A stretch of DNA of 64,000 nucleotides from an archaeon. GTDB lineage: Archaea; Nanobdellota; Nanobdellia; Woesearchaeales; GCA-2686295. The stretch's first letter is position 1. Each line of letters starts with the position of its first letter. The notes under the pieces were generated by a model. That model was given only the letters and a program-made list of their open reading frames with translations. It was not told the DNA's origin and made no database searches. The stretch lies in contig JBDRCD010000003.1 of the NCBI GenBank assembly GCA_043822105.1, positions 870 to 64,869 of the forward strand, written 5' to 3'. A program made the translations under genes and the position numbers. This document shows positions 1-7,775 of this stretch, piece by piece.

Positions 1-859
1 CCCTTTTTATTGTTGAAGTTGTATGAGCATCATCTTCTTTAAACAAAGTAAATAATTCTTTTCTCTTAAACTCTATTTTTTTGTTATTTACTAACCAGCT
101 CTTAATGTCTTCAATACAACTAACTAATGCGGAGGTGGTTTTTGACTTTGAATCTTTTTGAATTTCTCTTAATTCAATAAGTATGCCTTGTTCATCTTTA
201 GTATCAATAACTTTAATACCAATTGGATATATTGGAGTTCCATCTCTGGATTTAACTTGCTCGAAGCGATATAAATTATCTTCACTATTTTCCTTTCTGA
301 TTCTAAAAACATTGTCTGCCATCCCTGTAAAATCACCACTCCCCCTAATAACATCAAGTGGATCTACACCCTTGCTTCCTTTCTTTGCATGATGTAGAAA
401 AATAAATGAACAGCTAAACTTTTCCATCAACGGTTTAATGTTATCAAAGATTCTTCTTACTTCTTCTACCCTGTCCTCATTTCCAATCATAAATCTAGTA
501 AGAGAATCAATAATGACTACTTTAGGTCTATGAATTTCTATTATTGAAACAAATTCTGCCCATTTTTTTTTATTTATTGTTCCACTCAAAACAAGATTAA
601 TTTTATGGGCTTCATTGTTAATATAAACTAGACTCATATCTTCTTCAAATCCCATCCCTACAATAAGTTTTCTTAATCTTTTTTTCATAAGTCTTGGGTT
701 GTTCTCTTCATCAATATAGACCACTTTACATCTCTTTTTTGTTTCAAATTCATTTAGAAAATCCCTTCCTGTGGATATACAACAACTAGTATATAGAGCT
801 AAATATGTTTTCAAATCTCCTGGCTTACCACCATATACAATGATTCCTTGTTCAGGCAA
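1..859 (-). CDS. RecA-fold AAA_25/RepA-like ATPase. C-terminus runs off the left edge. Probably one gene with 852..1085, interrupted by a frameshift.
   Basis: My own minus-strand translation (absent from the ORF track because it is open at the edge). It reads ...KKILPEQGIIVYGGKPGDLKTYLAL (P-loop-like), KVVIIDSLTRF (Walker B-like) and FIFLHHAKKGSKG (the HHxxK signature typical of plasmid/virus AAA_25 ATPases). There is no in-frame ATG, only TTG at 859..857 directly after a TAA. Confidence 0.65.
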   Translation of the reverse strand, partial: MPEQGIIVYGGKPGDLKTYLALYTSCCISTGRDFLNEFETKKRCKVVYIDEENNPRLMKKRLRKLIVGMGFEEDMSLVYINNEAHKINLVLSGTINKKKWAEFVSIIEIHRPKVVIIDSLTRFMIGNEDRVEEVRRIFDNIKPLMEKFSCSFIFLHHAKKGSKGVDPLDVIRGSGDFTGMADNVFRIRKENSEDNLYRFEQVKSRDGTPIYPIGIKVIDTKDEQGILIELREIQKDSKSKTTSALVSCIEDIKSWLVNNKKIEFKRKELFTLFKEDDAHTTSTIKR

Positions 860-1085
860 TATTTTTTTTTATAATGTAATTTGGTTCTTCAATATCTGAA
901 TTTAAAAGTTCATAACAAGACCATCTTGTCCTGTTTCCTATACTAATTATTTCTTGATTTCTCAGAATATCTGCTTCTTTTTGAGGAATATATTGTGTTT
1001 CTCCTTGTTTGAATGTTTGATAATCTTTAAGATAAGTTACTTTAATTTCCGTTGTAAAACTATTTGTTGTTTTTAGTTTATTCAT
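852..1085 (-). CDS. Hypothetical 77-aa ORF, likely the N-terminal part of the downstream ATPase
   Basis: ORF track. It ends ...EEPNYIIKKNIA* inside an A9 run (T9 on plus, 862..870). Removing one A gives ...NYIIKKILPEQGIIVYGGKPG, the usual lead-in to a P-loop. Confidence 0.5.
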   Translation of the reverse strand: MNKLKTTNSFTTEIKVTYLKDYQTFKQGETQYIPQKEADILRNQEIISIGNRTRWSCYELLNSDIEEPNYIIKKNIA

Positions 1086-1305
1086 TTTTTAACTCCTTGC
1101 CAGAATGATTGATTTCATCATAAAACTCAAAAAACTCTCTTATTAATTTGATTTTATGAGGCATACGTTGTTCGAATCTTTCTGGTAGTTCTTTATACAT
1201 TAAATCACCAATATCTATTAAAAACAGAAATTGAACTTTATAACTTTCATGGACAAAAAGAAGACCAGAACAGGGTAATTTTGAGAAAAATTTAAATATT
1301 AACAA
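1078..1305 (-). CDS. Small hypothetical protein
   Basis: ORF track. Its stop overlaps the start of 852..1085, which suggests an operon. An internal start at MYKELPERF is plausible. Confidence 0.35.
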   Translation of the reverse strand: MLIFKFFSKLPCSGLLFVHESYKVQFLFLIDIGDLMYKELPERFEQRMPHKIKLIREFFEFYDEINHSGKELKNE

Positions 1306-1321
1306 TCATTTATGTTGATAG

Positions 1322-2089
1322 TTGAATATAAAAATGATGAATGTTCCTGAGATAAATCTTAAAAAAATAGATGCGGAGATAGTTTCAAGGCTTGTTTATT
1401 ACAAAGGTTATGATGACAATCATATTAAAATTAAAGGATTCGAACAGACTATGAATATAGTTCGCAAGAAACGGATACCAAAAAACAAAAATTTAAACTC
1501 AGAAAATGGTTGGTTGCGTAAAGAACAAATAGAACAAATAAAAAAGAAAGAATCAAAGCAACAAGCGCCCTACATAGATATTAAAAAAGGAAGACAAAGA
1601 CATCTTAATGAAAGATTGTTGAACAAGTACGAATTAATTGAAAGAAAAGAAGAATATTATATTGAAAGAAGTAGAGAATTAGGCGATAGAACATATGTTT
1701 ATAAACTAAAAACTAGATTTTGGGAGTTTGCACAAATATTTCTTTGGTTCTATAAAAAGGATATTTACTACTTTATGGAATCAGACTATTACAAAGATAA
1801 TCCTTTCATAAAGAAAAGCTATAAGTTTATAAGGGAAGAGATTGATAAAGGAGACATAGAATCTATTACTCTGCCTCCAACACTAATAAAACATATGATT
1901 GAACGAAAAAATTGGTTTTTCTCAAAATCCTTTTATGATATGATTTTAGAGTTTGACTTCGTTGATTTTATTGAGTCATATCTCATAGTTGATTTTGTTC
2001 AATGTGATAATGAAGTGTATAGAAAAAAGTTCAGGGATACTTATGAACTAATAGGAGATGGAAAACTTGAAGCACTTTTTAAAAAATAA
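1322..2089 (+). CDS. Hypothetical protein (255 aa), Lys/Glu/Tyr-rich
   Basis: Long ORF divergent from the ATPase module. I recognise no motif. Confidence 0.45.
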   Translation: MNIKMMNVPEINLKKIDAEIVSRLVYYKGYDDNHIKIKGFEQTMNIVRKKRIPKNKNLNSENGWLRKEQIEQIKKKESKQQAPYIDIKKGRQRHLNERLLNKYELIERKEEYYIERSRELGDRTYVYKLKTRFWEFAQIFLWFYKKDIYYFMESDYYKDNPFIKKSYKFIREEIDKGDIESITLPPTLIKHMIERKNWFFSKSFYDMILEFDFVDFIESYLIVDFVQCDNEVYRKKFRDTYELIGDGKLEALFKK

Positions 2090-2171
2090 ACACAAGGAGG
2101 AATTGAATGGAAAGATTAATGGCGTATACTTGCCTTAATAGAATCAATCCCGCTCGGGGCACTCTATTTTT

Positions 2172-3131
2172 CTATCCTAACATTCCCTGTATCATATTAA
2201 GCAAAAACCCTGTGATTATTATTCCCAATGTCACAACTCCAAAGAATATCAGAATTAGTCTTAGCTTCATTGCTCTTCTTAGTATTATTGCTTCTGGCAA
2301 ACTCAAGGCGGATGTTGCCATCATGAATGCTAATGCAATTCCCAGTGGTATTCCTTTTTCAAATAATACTACTGCTATTGGAACTATTGCTGCGCAGCTT
2401 CCGTACATTGGGACTCCGAGAATGACTGCTAATGGAACTCCAAATACTCCGATGCTTCCTATTGTGTTTGTCAACCATTCTGCAGGAACGTAATTGTGAA
2501 TTATTGCTCCAACACCCACTCCTACTAAAATCCACACCCATATTTTTTTGATTATGTCTTTTGCTTCTTTCCATCCAAAGTGTAATCTTTCTTTTATTGT
2601 TTTGAAAACTTTTTCAGAAGAGTTTGAATCATTAACAATAAAGTCTTTGACCAAATAATTCTTCAGATTCATCTTTCCTAGAATCATTCCTCCAATTGTT
2701 CCAAGCAGTATTCCTGAAACAACATAAGCAAGTGTTATTTTCCATCCAAAGAATCCCAGCATTAGAACAACCAGATATTCATTTACCAATGGAGATGTGA
2801 TAATAAATGAGAATGCAGTACCCAGAGGCACTCCTGCTTCGAGAAAGCCAATGAATATTGGTATTGAGGAACAAGAACAAAAAGGTGTCAGAGCTCCAAA
2901 TATTGAAGCAACAAAGTTACTCCAGCCAGCACCTTTTTTTGTGAGCCAGGTTTTTATCTTTGTTTGGGAAATGTATGTCCTTAAAAAACCTATAATTGTT
3001 ATTAAAACAATTATTAGAAGAATTATTTTTATTGAATCATATAAAAAGAAGTTTATGGACTGTGAAACTCTTGAAGCAGAGTCCATTTGAAATAATCCGT
3101 ATAGTATCCAATTGATTATTTCTTGCAGCAT
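2172..3131 (-). CDS. Predicted permease (COG0701 / ArsP-like, UPF0718)
   Basis: Multi-TM protein with the family-typical segment ALTPFCSCSSIPIFIGFLEAGVPLG. Confidence 0.75.
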   Translation of the reverse strand: MLQEIINWILYGLFQMDSASRVSQSINFFLYDSIKIILLIIVLITIIGFLRTYISQTKIKTWLTKKGAGWSNFVASIFGALTPFCSCSSIPIFIGFLEAGVPLGTAFSFIITSPLVNEYLVVLMLGFFGWKITLAYVVSGILLGTIGGMILGKMNLKNYLVKDFIVNDSNSSEKVFKTIKERLHFGWKEAKDIIKKIWVWILVGVGVGAIIHNYVPAEWLTNTIGSIGVFGVPLAVILGVPMYGSCAAIVPIAVVLFEKGIPLGIALAFMMATSALSLPEAIILRRAMKLRLILIFFGVVTLGIIITGFLLNMIQGMLG

Positions 3132-3235
3132 GAGTCTTCCTCATCTGAGCAGTAGCATTTTTTCTTCTTTGATTTCTTTTCAAGCTTTGAATCAAGATTA
3201 TCAATCAATTTTCCAAAAAAACTTTTTTCAGCCAT
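3116..3235 (-). CDS. Small Cys-rich peptide translationally coupled to the permease
   Basis: MAEKSFFGKLIDNLDSKLEKKSKKKKCYCSDEEDSCCKK. A TATA-like ctatataaag lies about 27 nt upstream of this ATG. Its stop overlaps the permease start. The ORF-track version (3116..3337) starts further upstream. Confidence 0.45.
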   Translation of the reverse strand: MAEKSFFGKLIDNLDSKLEKKSKKKKCYCSDEEDSCCKK

Positions 3236-3360
3236 GTTCACTTTGAAAAACTCGGACTCTTTATATAGTTTGTTTTTAAGTTTGGTTACTATTTGCCCGA
3301 AACATTCATTCTTTTCAATCGAATACTTTAATAACAACCTATTCTTTTTTTTCTATAACC

Positions 3361-3645
3361 ATGAACTATAAAATTAAGTGTGGTAAATGTAAAAAAAATT
3401 ATCAACTTGTTAGCAGATCTGTTCCTTTTGTTGTGTGCTATGAATGTCAAAAGCCTGAAATGCAGAGTGAGATTACTGACCCTAAGATGAAAAAATTATT
3501 TGACATTCCTGAATCCTTCTATAGAGACAATGTGTTTTTGAGAGACATTAAGATTAAATATTTGAAATATGGTGAGTTGTCTGAAAACCAGATAGCTGCC
3601 TTTGAGAAAGTTGTTCTCAAAATGAAGAATAAAGTTGATTCTTAA
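3361..3645 (+). CDS. Zinc-ribbon protein, hypothetical
   Basis: Two CxxC pairs near the N-terminus (CGKC ... CYEC). Confidence 0.5.
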   Translation: MNYKIKCGKCKKNYQLVSRSVPFVVCYECQKPEMQSEITDPKMKKLFDIPESFYRDNVFLRDIKIKYLKYGELSENQIAAFEKVVLKMKNKVDS

Positions 3646-3659
3646 ATAATTAATAGTTA

Positions 3660-4028
3660 TTATCCTCTCGATGAAGTTCCTGAGCCGTAGTTTGCAACGT
3701 GTCCTGGCTGTATGTGACAGGTTCCATAGTCATCGCAGTCATGATATTCATCACAGGTGTAGCCTTTACAGCAGGGTTCCCATTCTCCTCCGCAATTACG
3801 ACAGTCTCCTGCATCGCAGATTAAACCTTCTTCGCATTTATTTCCTTCACAGCATACTCGTCCGTCTGCGTTTCCACAAACATGGCATTTTTCATCAGTG
3901 TCACAGGCATATCCTTCTTTGCATTCACCGTGGGGTCCACAATCTGACGCTTCAGGTATCATACTACACCCAGTCAAAGCAACCATCAATAGAATTCCTA
4001 GAATTGCATAAACTATTTTTAATTTCAT
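3660..4028 (-). CDS. Secreted Cys-rich lipoprotein
   Basis: Signal peptide plus lipobox-like LTGC, followed by a dense repeated Cys pattern (CxxGxxC, CC pairs). Confidence 0.6.
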   Translation of the reverse strand: MKLKIVYAILGILLMVALTGCSMIPEASDCGPHGECKEGYACDTDEKCHVCGNADGRVCCEGNKCEEGLICDAGDCRNCGGEWEPCCKGYTCDEYHDCDDYGTCHIQPGHVANYGSGTSSRG

Positions 4029-4289
4029 TTTTTGTTATACTATTGGATTATAATATAAACTTTTCGCTCGTAACATTTTTTTATGGTTAAATACACAAAA
4101 ATGTTCTTAAAACCCTAAGTAAATAGTAAGCTTTAAATACTTGATTAAATCTCAAATCAAAAATAATGTTTGAGAGGAATGGTACATATCGTAATCAATA
4201 ATAAAGAATGTATAAAAACATCCACCAAACCATCTACAACGTCTTTTCTTATTTTAACTTTATAGTCTTAGATAATAATTCTCTAAAAT

Positions 4290-4862
4290 GTGTGGACTTT
4301 GAAAATGAATAAAGATAGGTTGCAAACTACAAAAAATCTGTTGATTGGGTGCAGAATTCCCAAAGACTATTTCATCACAAAGGGAGTTGGTGAAAGTGAC
4401 ATAACAGTGCATGCAGGTTCTTATCATCTGGCATTGAAGGATGCAGGAATTGAAATATGTAACATTATGACTTATTCTTCAATTCTGCCTGGCATTGCTA
4501 AGAAAATAGAACAGCCAAAAACCTTTACTCATGGTGCAGTCATGGAGGCCATCATGGCTGTTGCGAATGTTAACAAAGGTGAGAGAGCTACTGTTGGAAT
4601 AATACATGGTTGGTTGTACGATAAAAAAACTAACAAGCGATATGGTGGTTTAGTTTGTGAGTACAATGGTCATTTTCCTAGAAGCAAGGCTTTAGCTCAA
4701 TTAAGAGAAAGTCTTAATGAACTCTATAGTAATGGTTTCTCTAGAAAATATGATTTAAGAAATATTTCCAGTGTTTCTGAAAGTTTTATTCCAAAGAAAA
4801 AATTCGGAACTGCATTAGTTGCACTTTGTTTTGTCAATTATGAAATTCCAATTATAAAATAA
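4290..4862 (+). CDS. pdaD: Pyruvoyl-dependent arginine decarboxylase
   Basis: FITKGVGESD...HAGSYHLALKDAGI...NIMTYSSILP is typical of PdaD. The likely start is the ATG at 4305. Confidence 0.8.
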   Translation: MWTLKMNKDRLQTTKNLLIGCRIPKDYFITKGVGESDITVHAGSYHLALKDAGIEICNIMTYSSILPGIAKKIEQPKTFTHGAVMEAIMAVANVNKGERATVGIIHGWLYDKKTNKRYGGLVCEYNGHFPRSKALAQLRESLNELYSNGFSRKYDLRNISSVSESFIPKKKFGTALVALCFVNYEIPIIK

Positions 4863-4865
4863 AAA

Positions 4866-5726
4866 ATGACTAAAAAGAATAATTTTGGAGAACTGCCATC
4901 TGCATACTCGACTTATGAAAATTCTAAAATAGTAATTCTGCCTGTTCCCTATGATGGAACCAGTACTTGGATAAAAGGGGCTGATAAAGGTCCGGATGCA
5001 ATCATCGAAGCGTCTTGTAACATGGAATTATATGATATTAGCACTGATTCAGAGGTTTGTGAAAAAGGAATTTTCACAGACAAACCAGTTGATGGTAATT
5101 CAAAACCAGAAAAAATGGTTGATGCTGTCACTAGGAGAGTTGAAAAACACTTAGGGAATGAAAAATTTACAATAGTCATAGGTGGTGAACATTCTGTTAG
5201 TTTAGGAACAATATTTGCTCATGCGAATAAGTACAAAAATATGTGCGTCCTACAGTTGGATGCGCATTTGGACACTCGTGATTCTTATGAAGGTTCAAAA
5301 TTTAATCATGCATGTGTTATGGCTCGTGCAAAAGAGCTGTGTCCGGTCATACAGGTTGGCATAAGAAGCATGGACTATTGTGAAAAGGAAAACATCAATA
5401 AAAATAATGTTTTCTTTGCAGAAGATATTCAAAGTAATAAAAAATGGATTGATAAGGTTGTTTCAAGATTATCAGATAATGTTTATTTAACCATTGATCT
5501 GGATGTTTTTGATCCTTCAATAATGCCTTCAACAGGCACACCTGAACCAGGCGGACTTCTATGGTATGAAGTGTTAGAACTTTTAACAAGGGTTATGAAA
5601 AGTAAGAATGTTGTAGGATTTGATGTTGTTGAACTTTGTCCAACTGATAATAACAAAGCACCAGATTTTTTGGCTGCAAAATTGATTTACAAACTATTAA
5701 GCTATAAATTTTCAGGAGGAAAATAA
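4866..5726 (+). CDS. speB: Agmatinase (ureohydrolase family)
   Basis: GGEHSVS, LDAHLDTRD, IDLDVFDPS, TGTPEPGG metal-binding motifs. Confidence 0.85.
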   Translation: MTKKNNFGELPSAYSTYENSKIVILPVPYDGTSTWIKGADKGPDAIIEASCNMELYDISTDSEVCEKGIFTDKPVDGNSKPEKMVDAVTRRVEKHLGNEKFTIVIGGEHSVSLGTIFAHANKYKNMCVLQLDAHLDTRDSYEGSKFNHACVMARAKELCPVIQVGIRSMDYCEKENINKNNVFFAEDIQSNKKWIDKVVSRLSDNVYLTIDLDVFDPSIMPSTGTPEPGGLLWYEVLELLTRVMKSKNVVGFDVVELCPTDNNKAPDFLAAKLIYKLLSYKFSGGK

Positions 5727-5728
5727 CG

Positions 5729-6748
5729 ATGAATAAAAAAGACTTATTAAAAAAAGAAATTAAACATATTGATATAAAATCTTTTGATTCAACAAAAATA
5801 ATTGAGTCCATGAAAGATATGTCCTTTACCAGTAGAGAGATTGCGAGAGCGTCTGAAATTCTTAAAAAAATGATTGAAGATAAGAATTGCACCATAATCT
5901 TAACTTTGGCAGGAAGCACAAGTGCTGCTGGTTGCATGCAAATTTATGTTGATATGGTTAAACACAAAATGATTGATGCAATTGTTGCAACGGGCGCATC
6001 AATTGTTGATATGGACTTTTTTGAAGCTCTTGGATTCAAACATTACAAAGGCAGTCAATTTGTGGATGATAAACAGCTAAGAGAACAATATATTGACAGA
6101 ATATATGATACTTATATTGATGAAGAAGAATTGCAATCCTGTGATAGCGCGATTAAAAAAATTGCAGATGGTCTTAAAGCAAAACCTTATTCTTCAAGAG
6201 AGTTCATAAAAGAAATGGGTCGCTATCTTGTAAAAAATTCAAAGAAAAAAGATTCGCTAGTACAGGCGGCTTTTGAAAATGATGTACCAATATTTTGTCC
6301 TGCATTCTCAGATTCAAGTGCAGGTTTTGGTTTAGTAAAGCACCAAATAGAAAACAAAGATTCCCATGTGTCTATTGATTCAGTTAAAGACTTTCGAGAA
6401 TTAACTGATATAAAAATAAAAGCGAATGTTACTGGACTATTCATGATAGGTGGTGGAGTTCCTAAGAATTTTGCTCAGGACACAGTTGTCTGTGCGGAAA
6501 TACTTGGCTTTGATGTTCCAGTCCACAAATATGCTGTGCAGATAACTGTTGCAGATGTAAGGGATGGTGCCTGTTCAAGTTCTACGCTAAAAGAAGCTGC
6601 ATCATGGGGTAAGGTTGACACTGTTTATGAGCAAATGGTTTATGCAGAAGCAACAAGTGTGCTGCCTTTAATTATTAGCTATGTTTTTCACAACTCAAAC
6701 TGGAAGGACAGAAAAAAAATGTCTTGGAGCAAAATATTTCCTGATTGA
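5729..6748 (+). CDS. dys: Deoxyhypusine synthase
   Basis: Length and motifs (LAGSTSAAG, GGGVPKNF) fit the family. It lies immediately downstream of speB. Confidence 0.85.
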   Translation: MNKKDLLKKEIKHIDIKSFDSTKIIESMKDMSFTSREIARASEILKKMIEDKNCTIILTLAGSTSAAGCMQIYVDMVKHKMIDAIVATGASIVDMDFFEALGFKHYKGSQFVDDKQLREQYIDRIYDTYIDEEELQSCDSAIKKIADGLKAKPYSSREFIKEMGRYLVKNSKKKDSLVQAAFENDVPIFCPAFSDSSAGFGLVKHQIENKDSHVSIDSVKDFRELTDIKIKANVTGLFMIGGGVPKNFAQDTVVCAEILGFDVPVHKYAVQITVADVRDGACSSSTLKEAASWGKVDTVYEQMVYAEATSVLPLIISYVFHNSNWKDRKKMSWSKIFPD

Positions 6749-7419
6749 ATAGTTGTTTTCATAACTTTTTTATATTCAACATTTTTCTTTTATTTAACAT
6801 GAATTTATCAGATAAAGAATTTTTAAAAGTGATTAATGGTCTTAATAATCCTTTCAAACTTCAGGATTTTATTCTTTCGCTTTCCTATAATGCTGGTGAA
6901 AGATTATCTGTTCATGATGTTGCAGAATTTCGAAAAGGTGACTGTCTGGAAGCCGCTGTTTTCGCTGTCCTTGTTCTGAAGCATCATGGATACGATGCAT
7001 TTCTGGTTGACCTGGAGGCTGTCAGGGATGAGGATCATGTGCTGGCAGTCTATAGACTTAATGGAAAATATGGTTCAATTGCCCAGAGTAAATTCATGAA
7101 TCTGAGGCAGCGGATGCCTGTTTATTTTTCAATCAAAGAGCTGGTCATGAGTTACTTTAACAGCTATTTCAATTTCTTTGGAGAACTGTCTCTCAGAAAA
7201 TATTCTGAGGCCTTCAGGATTGATGGATTTTTTAAAAGGTTCTCTCTTGAAGATGTCAATTTAATAATGGAAATAGAAAAACAACTTCTGAAAATACCTC
7301 ATAAGGATTTGGGTCTGAATGTTAACCTTCCGAGAGTCAGCAAAGAGAAGTTTTGGTCAGAACTTGAAAAACTTCCTGATAATGTCAGAGTTGGGAAGAG
7401 GTATATTGGTAAAATATAA
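6745..7419 (+). CDS. Transglutaminase-like cysteine protease-fold protein (tentative)
   Basis: FRKGDCLEAAVFAVLVLKHHGYDAF...DEDHVLAVY resembles a Cys-His core. The likely start is the ATG at 6799. Confidence 0.4.
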   Translation: MNSCFHNFFIFNIFLLFNMNLSDKEFLKVINGLNNPFKLQDFILSLSYNAGERLSVHDVAEFRKGDCLEAAVFAVLVLKHHGYDAFLVDLEAVRDEDHVLAVYRLNGKYGSIAQSKFMNLRQRMPVYFSIKELVMSYFNSYFNFFGELSLRKYSEAFRIDGFFKRFSLEDVNLIMEIEKQLLKIPHKDLGLNVNLPRVSKEKFWSELEKLPDNVRVGKRYIGKI

Positions 7420-7533
7420 GCCTTTTTTTCATAAAATTTAAATAATAGTGAATGTATGTTGCGTTAAAATTCAAATCATTATTGAATTGTATTTGAAATG
7501 GTTTGAATAATATAATGTTGGAGGGGATGTGAA

Positions 7534-7596
7534 ATGAGAAAATTCCGATATTCTGGCGACGATGACGATGATGAGAATGATGACGATAACTGGTAG
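7534..7596 (+). CDS. Tiny acidic ORF, MRKFRYSGDDDDDENDDDNW
   Basis: A GGAGGGG Shine-Dalgarno-like sequence lies 7-8 nt upstream, and oligo-T runs follow the stop. Not in the ORF track because it is under 60 aa. Confidence 0.3.
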   Translation: MRKFRYSGDDDDDENDDDNW

Positions 7597-7775
7597 TTAG
7601 AGTTTAATAATTCATAGCTAATTTTTTTATTTTTTGTTTTCTTTTCAACTTCTTTTAAGGTGTTTTTGCAGGTCTATTCAATCATAAAGTTTATATATAA
7701 GAACATCAACAATAGTAGCTTTGGGGTATTTTAGTATATACTTTTGTATTCCAACATATATTTTGTGCTACAAAG

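Noticed and set aside
2107-3090. Plus-strand ORFs 2107..2493 and 2797..3090
   Set aside because: They are antisense to the well-supported COG0701 permease gene, and their translations are low-complexity mirror images of TM segments.
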